Assembly: GCF_004010195.1 (NCBI RefSeq)
Contig: NC_057720.1
Span: 10,899,181-10,963,180 of the forward strand
Length of the DNA stretch: 64,000 nt
Origin: Chiloscyllium plagiosum
Lineage: Eukaryota
Direction: 5' to 3'
Part shown: piece by piece, positions 14,008 through 26,422 of the stretch
Layout: each line of letters begins with the position of its first letter
Numbering within the stretch: position 1 is the stretch's first letter
The notes under the pieces: generated by a model
What the model was told of the DNA's origin: nothing
The model's database searches: none
Seen by the model: only the letters and a program-made list of their open reading frames with translations
Program-made: the position numbers and the translations under genes

Positions 14008-14449
14008 TTGATCTGCATCAAAGCACTTTAGGTCAACTGTGCACCTATTACTGATATCTGATGCTGTATAATAAGGAAATCAACTTCAGCAGTTCTTCAA
14101 CAGCTTAATACACTACATATCTGTAGGTGAGTGATATCAGAGCTGTGGACGGGATCTTTTATCTTGTCAAGTTTCAAGTACATGCACAGATGCCTTACAT
14201 GAGTATCATATTGTGGCTTTAATGGAGATTTGGATTAAAACAGGACAGGTCTAGTTGCTAAATATTTCTAGGTATTTAAAAGAACAAAAAAATGAGGAGA
14301 AAGTACTGATTAAATATATTATCACATTATATGGTCCAGAGGATTCAAGGACATTGGCCTGGACCTGCATTCTTGAGCTGGGCAGTGGGATTTTCCAGTA
14401 TTCTCGGATTTGTACACCTAACTCGGGAGAAAATGGCAGTGAAGGTGTG

Positions 14450-14763
14450 ATTAGATTAGATTACTTACAGTGTGGAAACAGGCCCTTCAGCCCAACAAGT
14501 CCACACCGACCCGCCAAAGCGCAACCCACCCAATACCTTACATTTACCCCTTTACCTAACACTACGGGCAATTTAGCATGGCCAATTCACCTAACCTGCA
14601 CATCTTTGGAGTGTGGGAGGAAAACGGAGCACCCGGAGGAAACCCACGCAGACACGGGGAGAATGTGCAAACTCCATACAGTCAGTCGCCTGAGTCGGGA
14701 ATTGAACCCGGGTCTCTGGCGCTGTGAGGCAGGAGTGCTAACCACTGTGCCACCGTGCCGCCC
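14450..14763 (-). mobile_element. tRNA-derived SINE (HE1/V-SINE-like), near full length
   Basis: ggcggcacggtggcacagtggttagcac head; (tctaa)n tail. Confidence 0.88.
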
Positions 14764-14869
14764 ACAAGCCAAAGCCAGCTGGGAATGAGGCAACCACAGG
14801 GGCTTTCAGGTTGGAGGCGACTATTCCAAGGGAGTCCTAACCCACCAAATCTTTTTAATTGCCTCACAC

Positions 14870-15030
14870 TGAGGATTGCAGATGCTGGACATTAGAGTCA
14901 AGATTGGAGCGGTGCTGGAAAAGTACAGCAGGTCAGACAGCATCCAAGGAGCAGGAAAATCGATGTTTCATCAGCTTCTTGGATGCTGCCTGACTTGCTG
15001 TGCTTTTCCAGCACGACTGTAATCTTGACT
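14870..15030. mobile_element. Palindromic Penelope-terminal element (family A)
   Basis: gctggaaaag..cagcaggtcag..agcatcc, followed by its reverse complement. Confidence 0.75.
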
Positions 15031-15604
15031 GACACTGCACCATGGCCTTTCATGCACCCCATGTCAAGATACAGCACTTTTAGCTCATTCAACCATAGTC
15101 TGTAGAAGCGATTAACATGATTGTGACAAGAAGATGTGCACAAAAATTTCTCAAAATAACTTCAGTAAGTAGTTTTCACGAATCAAAGTGTCAATTATTC
15201 AGATCTGTTGAAATGTCAATTCCGGAAAATATAAGCACTCAAAACCTCTTCAACTTGCATAAATAAACATTGTGCAATTGACAGAAGAGATCAGTGGACT
15301 AGATCTATTAATCAAACAATGTTTTCCCTGGGACTCAGTTGTGTCTGCACTTGAATGAACAACTGGGTTCTCAAGCAGGAGCGTATGTATAAAGGGACTT
15401 CTGAATTCATCAGCTTATCTATAACATAGAAAAGGGAAAGGTTTGTCACATTCAATAAAGGAACTAATTTCCCCAAAGTGGTGCATGTTGTCAATATAAC
15501 CAATATCCCATTGAAGAGAACAAATGATGCAGCTGTTTTATATATATAAACAAACAGTGGTTTGGCTCACTGAATGTGATGAGTCAATTGAGGATCTTGA
15601 ATGA

Positions 15605-15825
15605 AAGAAAGTGAGGACTGCAGATACTGGGAGTCAGAGTGGAGAGTGTAGTGCTGGGAAAGCACAGCAGGTCAGGCAGAATCCGAGGAGCAGGAGAGTC
15701 AATATTTCGGGTATAAGCCCTTCATTAGGAATGAGTGACGAAGGACATATGCATGAAACATCGACTCTTCTGCTCTTTGGATGCTACCTGACCTGCTGTA
15801 CTTTTCCAGGGCCACACATTTCAAC
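15605..15825. mobile_element. Palindromic family A element with two degenerate hammerhead cores
   Basis: gaaagtgaggactgcagat head; tttcgggtataagcccttcattagg; inverted copy follows. Confidence 0.75.
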
Positions 15826-16249
15826 TAGGGGTCTTGAATGTCAGTGCAGGTCATTGAGGACATACCCATGGACACTTCAGTAGATTGCAGATAAATGGCA
15901 ATAAAACACACTGTTGCATCTCTGCTAATGTACTTTATCCTGGTTTATCACCAGGTTTTTGAGAGCAGTTTGGGATGGGCAATAAATGCTAGCCATCCAG
16001 CAATGCCCCTGTTAAATGGCCTGCTCCTCTTCCTATTTTTTATGGTTTATTAGATGGGAGAATAGAGGAAGCTATAGCTTCAGGGGAAGAGCACTGGGAG
16101 AGAAGAATTTGGGGCTCAAGAATTTAAACAGTGATGAGGATGGCAAACTGCCTCCTCCCTCTCTCTTTCCAAGAAGTCACACACAAGCGTTAGCAAGATT
16201 GAAAGGAAATTGGTGATCTATTATTGAAGAAAATCTATTCATTGCAAAA

Positions 16250-17637
16250 CTGTTTAAGAAGGGTGGTAAGGACAAGCCAGGGAACTATAGACTAGTGAGC
16301 CTGACATCGGTGGTGGCAAGTTGTTGGAGGGAATCCTGAAGGAGAAAGTGAGGACTGCAGATGCTGGAGATCAGAGCTGAAAATGTGTTGCAGTTCAGGC
16401 AGCATCCAAGGAACAGGAGAATCGACGTTTCGGGCATAAGCCCTTCTTCAGGAATCCTGAAGGACAGGATGTACTTGTAATTGGAAAGGCAAGGACTGAT
16501 TAGGGATAGTCAACATGGCTTTGTGCGTGGGAAATCATGTCGCACTAACTTGATTGAGTTTTTTGAGGAAGTAACAAAGAAGATTGATGAGGGCAGAGCA
16601 GTAGATGTGATCTATATGGACTTCAGTAAGGCATTCAACAAGGTTCCCCATGAGAGACTGATTAGCAAGGTTAGATCTCACGGAATACAGAGACAACTAG
16701 CCATTTGGGTACAGAACTGGCTCAAAGATAGAAGACAGAGGCTGGTGGTGGAGGGTTGTTTTTCAGACTGGAGACCTGTGACCAGTGGAGTGCCACAAGG
16801 ATTGGTGTTGGGCCCTCCACTTTTTGTCATTTACATAAATGATTTGGATGCGAGAATAAGAGGTATAGGGAGTAAGTTTGCAGATGACACCAAAATTGGA
16901 GGTGTAGTGGACAGCGAAGAGGGTTACCTCAGATTACAACAGGACCTTGACCAGATGGGTCAATGGGCTAAGAAGTGGCAGATGGAGTTTGATTCAGATA
17001 AATGAGAGGTGCTGCATTTTGGGAAAGCAAATCTTAGTAGGACTTATACACTTAATGGTAAGGTCCTAGGGAGTGTTGCTGAACAAAGAGACCTTGGAGT
17101 GCAGGTTCATAGCTCCTTGAAAGTGGATTCGCAGGTATGTATGGAATGAGCTGCCAGAGGAAATGGTGGAGGCTGGTACAATTGCAACATTTAAGAGGCA
17201 GTTGGTTGGGTATATGAATAGGTAGGGTTTGGAGGGATGTGGGCCGGATGTTGACAGGTGGGACTAGATTTGGTTGGGATATCTGGTCGGCATGGACAGG
17301 TTGACCGAAGGATCTGTTTCCTTGCTGTACATCTCTATGACTCTATGACTCTATGTTTAGGGTGAGAGGGGAAAGATATAAAAGAGACCTACAGGGCAAT
17401 TTTTTCACGCAGAGGGTGGTACATGTATGGAATGAGCTGCCAGAGGAAGTGGTGGAGGCTGGTACAATTGCAACATTTAAGAGGCAGTTGGATGGGTATA
17501 TGAATAGGAAGGGTCTGGAGGGATATGGGCCAGATGCTGGCAGGTGGGACTAGATTGGGTTGGGATATCTGGTCGGCATGGATGAGTTGGACCGAAGGGT
17601 CTGTTTCCATGCTGTACATCTCTATGACACTATGACT
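16250..17637 (+). mobile_element. CR1 LINE RT region with two tandem 3' ends and a nested family A element (16344-16450)
   Basis: ORF 16481-17005 SQHGF..YMDFSKAF..SGVPQG..KFADDTK; TSD ggaatcctgaagga at 16330-16343 and 16451-16464. Confidence 0.9.
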
Positions 17638-17920
17638 CCAATTGAAGGCTAAGTCTTAACAGGAACAAAGTCAACTACAATACATTACACAGAGGAGGAT
17701 GAAGAAGGTTGGGGGCAGGGAATGTGAATGACGGAAAACAATGTGCTAATTGTTGCAATCTTGGCTACTCATGCAGCACTGAGTATTGAATTTCCTTTGG
17801 AAAAATTAGATAAAAGATGGACTAATTCTATATAATTTTAACCTGATTTTGAATTTCATCATCTGAGTTAATACCTGGAACTCTTATGGACTGAAATGGA
17901 TTTCACAAAGGAGCCAACAA

Positions 17921-19208
17921 TATTGAATTAGGCTGCTGAACCCACTGACTGGTCAGGCTTCATGAATTAGACAGTTAATATTTTAAGTTCTAATATCTAA
18001 GTTTAATGTCTGAAGTATATACTTTCCCAAGCAACATGAAATTACCAGAAAGCCCAATTTGGGAAGTTTGAAATCTTCTTCTTTGTACCATCAAGAGAAT
18101 CATCACAAGTTGGAGATGAAACACCATCTTCAGACTGAATAAGAAAAAAAAACTGCAATGTTAAGAGGCTCTAACATACGAGCAGAGGAGGTGAATTTTT
18201 GACAGCAGAACTGAGACAGACAAATGAAGGCATGTCATTTCTCTTAAGAAGTACCAGTGACAACGTGATTGAAAAGAAACAACAAGAAAACAAGAAGTTG
18301 AAAATTAACAGTAATAATTTTACTCAAGAACAAACCACGACAAGCAGACCAAACACAGCCAGAAACCCTAACCACCTTACCATACATCAAAGAAGTTTCA
18401 GAAATGACAGCCAGACGACTAAGACCCCTCAGAATCCTAGTAGCACACAAACCCACCAACACTCTCAAACAAAAACTAACAAACTTAAAAGACCCAGTAC
18501 AATCCATGGACAAAACCAACATCGTCTACAAAATTCCATGCAAGGACTGCCACAAACACTACGTAGGACCAACAGAAAGAAAGTTAACCACCAGGATACA
18601 TGAACACCTGCTAGACACAAAAAGACACGACCCTCTCTCCCTCGTAGCCCTACACACGGATGAAAAAACCACCATTTCGACTGGGACAACACATCTATCC
18701 TGGGACAGGCTAAGCAAAGACATGCCAGAGAATTCCTAGAGGCCTAGCACTCCAACCACAACGCCATAAACAAACACATAGATCTAGATGCCATCTATCA
18801 ATTCCTCAGTTATTGAATTAGGCTGCTGAACTGGTCAGGCTTCATGAATTAAACAGTTAATATTTTAAGTCCTAATATCTAAGTTTAATGTCTGAAGTTA
18901 ATAATTTCCCAAGTAACGTGAAATTAGCCAGAAAGCCCACTCTGGGAACTTTGATACCTTCTGCTTTGTACCATCATGAGAATCATCACAAGTTGGAAAT
19001 GAAACACCATCTTCAGACAGAATAAGAAAAAAACTGCAATGTTAAGAGACTCTAACATACAAGCAGAGGAGGTGGATTTCTGATAGCAGAACTGAGACAG
19101 ACTAGCGAAGACATTCCTTTTCTCTTAAGAAAAAGTACCAGTGACAACATAATTGGAACGAAACAACAAGAAAGCAAGAACTTGAAAATTAACATTAACA
19201 ATTTTACT
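17921..19208 (+). repeat. About 400-bp direct duplication (17921-18324 / 18811-19208) separated by a Penelope fragment
   Basis: Both copies start tattgaattaggctgctgaa and end aattttact. Confidence 0.9.
18323..18809 (+). mobile_element. Penelope-like element, GIY-YIG endonuclease fragment
   Basis: IVYKIPCKDCHKHYVG.T.RKLTTRIHEH. Confidence 0.9.
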
Positions 19209-20724
19209 GCTGATGGTCCCAAAAAGTGAAAAATCCAAACATGGTCTCAGGCTAAACCCTTATTGCTGAAGGACTCAAAGTTCTGTAAACTGTGCATTCT
19301 TTTCTCTGCCTTTTGTACTGAATACCTTATAATTTTGTTTGTGTGTGGGTGTATGAGAGAGAGAAAGAGAGAGACTGAGAGAGCCCAAAAAACTGCAGAA
19401 AAATCACATGCTCAATGTCTTTTTTTTCACAGATGGTGCAGGTAATAAAACTTGTTATTCCTTTAACACAAGAAATCCTTGCAATTGGCAGCTTACTGCT
19501 ACAATAAAATTGGTATATTTCATTTGGGCCAAGATATTGCTGTGTGTAAAGGAGGAAATTAAACCTTTGCCCCCAATCTGGAAAGTTAAAAGCAGGGAAT
19601 CAATTCATGTTTCCTCACCTGTTCCAAAACTTTGGTGTTTAAGAATATTCTGATTTCCCATCGATCTACCTTATCTTTAAGGAGCTACTGAAAACCTAAG
19701 ATTAGGCCTCACAATCATATTGATTTGACCCTTGACTTCCTGATATTGATGATGACAGGGTTTGAGCGATGGAAATGCTGTTGAATATCAATGGTAAGCG
19801 GTCATGGCTTGGAACTTAAATAGCAAGTAACATTTTTGCTACATTTCAGACCAAGCTTGAACCCTGTTTAGCTCCTGCTCTATCCAGATATAAACCACAG
19901 GAGTTCTAAATAATACTGATCACAGTGCAATCATTAAGGATTATTCTACTTCCAACATTGCGAAAGAGGTTAGACCACTGATTAACCAGCTGAAGAAGGT
20001 TGGGTTTAGCACACTTGACATAACCAATAATATAAAATGGGATCATTGTACATGTATTGTTTAAGACGGTGGCCTATTTGCCATGTGGAAATGACACATT
20101 AAACAGTTGAATTTATGTAAATTCACAGAGAAGTACAATAAAACTGTTACTATCTGGGCATGTACCTGGATCAAATGCAGCAAGAAATCAAAAGTTAACC
20201 CATTATAATTTGTGGCAATCATAGGAATCAATCATAAACTTCCTTTGTTATATGCTATAGCTCTCAGAGGCTTGGACCTCCTCCAACTTTGACTCTTTTA
20301 CTGTAAATACAATGGGAAAAATTCTTCAACTTCTGTCAGTGGAATATTTTGGTTAGTGGAGGGCAAGATAGTCTGAATATTACTTATAAAGATGATTTGG
20401 AGGTCCAGACTAAATTGCAAAGTACATTGCTGTTTGAACATAACAGGCAGTGAATCATCTCTGAACCTTCTCCTGAACAATGTCTGACCCAAAGGTAAGT
20501 AATGAATGATTTCTCCACACCTTTTCCAATCATTGATCAGGAAATATAAAATCCCATGAGTAATAATTTGTAAGGAACAATTTAAAAAAGCAATGACTTC
20601 CAGAAAAAGCTTGGAAAATGTGTTCACACTCACAATTGCAATGAAAACCAATTGGCTTCTACAGAAAGCAGCTAAAATAATTTAGGTCCCTGGAACAAGT
20701 TTAAGAAATTATTTTCCTCAGCAT

Positions 20725-21505
20725 TGATTAGATTAGATTACTTACAGCATGGAAACAGGCCCTTTGGCCCAACAAGTCCACATCTACCCTCCGAAGAGCA
20801 ACCCACCCAGACCCATTCGCCTACATTTACCCCTTCCTGCTGTGGTTCTGTTCGCCGAGCTGGAAGTTTTTGTTGCAAACGTTTCGTCCCCTGTCTAGGT
20901 GACATCCTCAGTACTTGGGAGCCTCCTGTGAAGCGCTTCTGTGGTGTTTCCTCCGGCATTTATAGTGGCCTGTCCCTGCCGCTTCCGATTGTCAGTTTCA
21001 GCTGTCCGCTGTAGTGGCCGGTATATTGGGTCCAGGTTGATGTGTTTGTTGATGGAGTTTGTGGATGAGTGCCAATTGCAGCGGACAGCTGAAACTGACA
21101 ACCAGAAGTGGCAGGGACAGGCCACTATAAATGCCGGAGGAAACACCACAGAAGCGCTTCACAGGAGGCACCCAAGCACTGAGGATGTCACCTAGACAGG
21201 GGACGAAACGTTTGCAACAAAAACTTCCAGCTCAGCGAACAGAACCACAGCAACGAGCACCCGAGCTACAAATCTTCTCACAAACTTTGATTTACCCCTT
21301 CACCTAACACTACAGGCAATTTAGCATGGCCAATTTACCTAACCTGCACATCTTTTGACTGGGCTGTGGGAGGAAGCCAGAGCACCCAGAGGAAACTCAC
21401 GCAGACACGGGGAGAATGTACAAACTCCACACAGACAGTTGCCCGGAATTGAACCCAAGTCTCTGGTGCTGTGAGGCAGTAGTGCTAACCACTGTGCCAT
21501 CGTGT
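20725..21505 (-). mobile_element. SINE split by an inverted-repeat Penelope terminal element (20837-21289)
   Basis: 12-bp TSD atttaccccttc at 20825-20836 and 21290-21301; inverted arms of about 175 bp. Confidence 0.88.
21176..21215 (+). ncRNA. Minimal hammerhead ribozyme motif (family B)
   Basis: GCA-CTGAGGA-TGTCACCT-AGAC-AGGGGAC-GAAA-C-GTT^TGC. Confidence 0.7.
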
Positions 21506-21914
21506 GAGGCAACATATTAAAGCACATTGTGAGGAACCACATTTCTTCTTTTTCTTTGAACTATAAATTGGGAAATGGAAGTTGCACGCTGCTCTGTTGA
21601 TAAAATACTGAGAGAGTTCTTACAACCCAAAGATCAACTGGAATTCTGTGGTGCACACTTCAGTTCCACAAAATTTAGTTAGTTTTGCAAGCAGTGAGCT
21701 AGATACTTTAGGAGACACAGCAGCACCAAGAGTCTCTGAATATAACATAGCCGCAGTGTAGAAGAGGTAAGCTCCAGATGGAATAGTGCGTGCAGTTCTT
21801 GTTGCCACACAACCGGAAGGATGTGATTGTACTGGAGAGGCTGCGGAGGAGATTCACCAGGACGTTGCCGGGGTTGAAACTTCTCAGTTACGACGGACGA
21901 CTGGATAGGCTGGG

Positions 21915-23725
21915 GTAAAAATGAGGACTGCAGATGCTGGAAACCCGAGTCTGGATTAGAGTGGTGCTGGAAAAACACAGTAGGTCAGCCAGCATCCGAG
22001 GAGCAGGAAAATCAACGTTTCGGGCAAAAGCCCTTCATCAGCAATAGAGGCAGAGTGCCTGCAGAGTGGAGAGATAAATGGTGTGGGGGTGGGGAGAAAG
22101 TAGCATAGAGTACAATAGGTGAATGGGGGTAGGGATGGAGGTGATAGGTCAGAGAGGAGAGTGAGGGAAGGTAGCAAAGAGTACAATAGGTGAATGGGGG
22201 TGGGCATGAAGGTGATAGGTCAGAGAGGAGGATGAAGTGGATAGGTGGAAAGGAAGATAGACAGGTAGGACAAGTCATGGGGATGTGCTGAGCTGGAAGG
22301 TTGGAACTGGCGTAAGATGGGTGGAGGGGAAATGAGGAAACTGTTGAAGTCCACATTGATGCCCTGGGGTTGAAGTGTTCCAAGGCGGAAGATGAGGCGT
22401 TCTTCCTCCAGGCGTCGGGTGGTGAGGCAGCAGCGGTGGAGGAGGCCCAGGACCTCCATGTCCTCAGCAGAGTGGGAGGGGGAGTTGAAATGTTGGGCCA
22501 CAGGGCGGTGGGGTTGATTGGTGTGGGTGTCCCAGAGATGTTCCCTAAAGCGCTCTGCAAAGAGGCGTCCAGTCTCCCCAGTGTAGACAAGACTGTTGAG
22601 CAATTCATTAACTTCACCAATACATTCCACCCCAATCTTAAATTCACCTGGACCATCTCTGATACCTCCCTCCCCTTCCTGGACCTCTCCATCTCCATTA
22701 ACAACGACTGACTTAACACTGACATTTTTTACAAACCCACCGACTCCCACAGCTACCTGGATTACACCTCTTCCCACCCTACCTCCTGCAAAAATGCCAT
22801 CCCGTATTCCCAATTCCTCCGCNNNNNNNNNNNNNNNNNNNNNNNNNNNNNNNNNNNNNNNNNNNNNNNNNNNNNNNNNNNNNNNNNNNNNNNNNNNNNN
22901 NNNNNNNNNNNNNNNNNNNNNNNNNNNNNNNNNNNNNNNNNNNNNNNNNNNNNNNNNNNNNNNNNNNNNNNNNNNNNNNNNNNNNNNNNNNNNNNNNNNN
23001 NNNNNNNNNNNNNNNNNNNNNNNNNNNNNNNNNNNNNNNNNNNNNNNNNNNNNNNNNNNNNNNNNNNNNNNNNNNNNNNNNNNNNNNNNNNNNNNNNNNN
23101 NNNNNNNNNNNNNNNNNNNNNNNNNNNNNNNNNNNNNNNNNNNNNNNNNNNNNNNNNNNNNNNNNNNNNNNNNNNNNNNNNNNNNNNNNNNNNNNNNNNN
23201 NNNNNNNNNNNNNNNNNNNNNNNNNNNNNNNNNNNNNNNNNNNNNNNNNNNNNNNNNNNNNNNNNNNNNNNNNNNNNNNNNNNNNNNNNNNNNNNNNNNN
23301 NNNNNNNNNNNNNNNNNNNNNNNNNNNNNNNNNNNNNNNNNNNNNNNNNNNNNNNNNNNNNNNNNNNNNNNNNNNNNNNNNNNNNNNNNNNNNNNNNNNN
23401 NNNNNNNNNNNNNNNNNNNNNNNNNNNNNNNNNNNNNNNNNNNNNNNNNNNNNNNNNNNNNNNNNNNNNNNNNNNNNNNNNNNNNNNNNNNNNNNNNNNN
23501 NNNNNNNNNNNNNNNNNNNNNNNNNNNNNNNNNNNNNNNNNNNNNNNNNNNNNNNNNNNNNNNNNNNNNNNNNNNNNNNNNNNNNNNNNNNNNNNNNNNN
23601 NNNNNNNNNNNNNNNNNNNNNNCTTCTCACTTATCTCTCCACCCTGCCTCTATTGCTGATGAAGGGCTTTTTCAATTTTCCTGGCTGACCTGCTGTGCTT
23701 TTCCAGCACCACTCTAATCCAGACT
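21915..23725 (-). mobile_element. Penelope-like element (GIY-YIG on minus, inverted RT-thumb piece on plus), spanning a gap and nested in CR1
   Basis: VYTGETGRLFAERFREH...VAQHFNS...EERLIFRLGTLQPQGIN; FINFTNTFHPNLKFT..LPFLDL; flanked by gataggctg. Confidence 0.85.
22823..23622. other. Assembly gap (800 N)
   Basis: Run of N. Confidence 1.
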
Positions 23726-24759
23726 TGATAGGCTGAGTTTGCTTCCCTCAGACAGAGGAGGCAGGGTTGGAGGGGGCTGACTGATATATACAAAATTATG
23801 AAAGGCCCAGGTAGAACCTTTTCCCCAGAGTGGATGTGTCTAAGATCAGAGGGCTTAAGTTTAAGGTGAGGAGAAAGTGGCTGAGAGGCAATCAAATGTA
23901 AAATGCTTTTAGCTAGACAGTGGTAGAAATATAAAATGGCCTGTTTGAGGGGCTGGTGAAGGAAGATGCTCTCGCAACATTTATGAAGCATCTGGATGAT
24001 CACTTAAAATGCTAGGGCACAGTAGGCTATGGATCAAGTTCAGATAAATGGGATTAGTGTAGTTTGGCAGCACAGACAAGGTGGGCCGAAGGGCTTGTTT
24101 CTACGCAGTATGACAAATAATGATAATAGACCTTTGCACTGACTTAAGATGAAGGTTCATAATCCTGCAAGAAAGTGCATTGAGACACATCCAGAAGCCT
24201 GTAAATAACAAATGACTAAAAGACATCCCACAGACTCTCGAGAAGGAATTCCAAAACAAAAAAAGACCGAGGTCCACTTGATCAGTTCCCAATCAAACAT
24301 CGACCACTGCTCGGCCACAATGTCATGTCATTATTGTTAAGAATCAAAAGAAGTGTGAGAAACAACTCAGTCTACTTTTTTGGTCTGGCACTCTTGTGAT
24401 GCAATGTCCCTACCTCTGAACCAGGAGACCCAAGTTCAAGTCCCACCTGCTCCAAAGGATGTGCATAATATCTTTGTACACGTTGATTAGAAAATATCTA
24501 CCCTTGTAGTTTAGGGATTGATCTATAGATTTTTATTTTCCCCTTAGTATTTTGTCATCTATAATATTTCTGTTAAGGTGTCTGTCTTTGTTTGTCTGAT
24601 TGATGAATGAGTGTGTGGAGGATTGGGATTTAAAAGATATACTTTCAACTGCAAAGTCATGTACTTTTGTTGTCATTTGTTAAAGAGTACGTTTGCTTGC
24701 AATAAGCAGTGATCTCCTTGTTCATGACAAAGCCTGCTGTGAATTACACTTACACAGTC

Positions 24760-25630
24760 ATACGTCATAGAGCTGTATAGCACTGAAGAAGACCCCTTGG
24801 TCCAACTCATCCATGCCAACCAGATTTCCTAACTTATTCTAGTCCTATTTGCCAGCAGTTGCCCTATATCCCTCTAAACCCTTCCTAATCATATACCCAT
24901 CCAGACACCTTTTAAGTGTTGTAATTGTACCAGCCTCCACCACTTCCTCTAGCAGCTCATTCCATACATGCACCACCCTCTGTGTGGAAAAGGTTGCCCC
25001 TTAGGTCCCTTTTAATTCATTCCCCTCTCACCTTTCAACTATGACCTCTAGTTTTGGATTCCCTTATCCTGTGGGAACGACCTTGGTTATTCACCCTATC
25101 CATGCTCCTCATGATTTTATCAACCTCTATAAGATCACTCCTCAGCCTCAGACTCTCCAGGGAAAATAGCCCTGTCTGATTCGATTAGATTAGATTCACT
25201 ACAATGTGGAAACAGGCCATTTGGTTCAACACGTCCACACCTACCCTCGGAAGAGTAACCCACCCAGACCCATTCCCCTACCCTATATAAACCCCTGACA
25301 CTATGGGCAATTTAGCATGGCCAATTCACCCGACCTGCACATCCTTGGACTATTCAGCCTCTCCATATAGCTCAAACACTCCAACCCTGGCTACATCCTT
25401 TTGTAAATCTTTTTTGAACCCTCCCAAGTTTAACAACATCTTTCCAACAGTGGGGTGACCAGAATCGAACACCATATTCCAAAAATGGCCCGACCAATGT
25501 CCGCACAGCCGCAACATGACCTTTCAATTCCAAAACTCAATACTCTGACCAATAAAGGCAAGCATACCAACAACTGTCTTCACTATCCTATTTACTTGTG
25601 ACTCCACTTTCAAGGAACTACGAACCTGAA
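24760..25630 (-). mobile_element. CR1 3' fragment with a nested SINE tail (about 25180-25350)
   Basis: Reverse complement of the CR1 3' end; (attag)n SINE tail inside. Confidence 0.85.
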
Positions 25631-25891
25631 CTTTAGCAACTTTAATTGATTTGTTCGTTACATATTTCTGACTGTTTCTGTAATGGTGAGGTTTTGTTAT
25701 CAGTGCATTCTGCCCAAATGAGTCATGACGACATGGCAGAAACCACTAAACTCCTCTCACATCTCTATAAACACTCAAATAAATATTCACCCAGGCTAGC
25801 CAGTCGCTCTGGGATAGGTGGACCTGGTAATATCCTTGGTGCTGTGCTCTGCCTTGCCATTCAGATTATCCTGCAAATTCCTGATGAAGGG

Positions 25892-26205
25892 GCAGCGTGG
25901 TGACACAGTGGTTAACACTGCTGCCTCACAGCGCCAGGGACCCGGGGTTCAATTCCCACCTCAGGCAACTGCCTGTGTGGAGTTTGCATGTTCTCCCCAT
26001 GTATGCGTGGTTTTCCTCCGGGTGTTCCGGTTTCCTCCCGCAGTCCAAAGATGTGCAGGTCAGGTGAATTGGCTAAATTGCCTGTAGTGTTAGGTGCATT
26101 AGTCAGAGGTACATGGGTCTGGGTGGGTTGCTCTTCGGAGGGTTGGTGTGGACTTGTTGAGCTGAAGGGTCTGTTTCCACACTGTAGGGAATCTAATCTA
26201 AAAAA
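25892..26205 (+). mobile_element. SINE inserted into the hammerhead core of a family A element
   Basis: cctgatgaaggg[SINE]aagggcttatgcctgaaacatcg. Confidence 0.85.
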
Positions 26206-26422
26206 AGGGCTTATGCCTGAAACATCGACTCTCCTGCTCCTCGGGTGCTGCTTGACCTGCTGTGCTTGCCACACTTTTCAAATCTGGATGGGTGTGTAAA
26301 GCAAATTCAAACATGAATTATAAAGCAGCATTAAAATGTGTGAAGATAGGCCTGTCACAGAAAGTCTCCTGTTTACTGCAACTCTCTGCCAGGGACTCGA
26401 GTGTCCAGTCTGGGTGAAAGTT

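Noticed and set aside
14690-14763. tRNA-like A/B boxes
   Set aside because: Head of a tRNA-derived SINE, not a tRNA gene
22596-23717. 373-aa and 283-aa ORFs
   Set aside because: Artefacts of the 800-N gap
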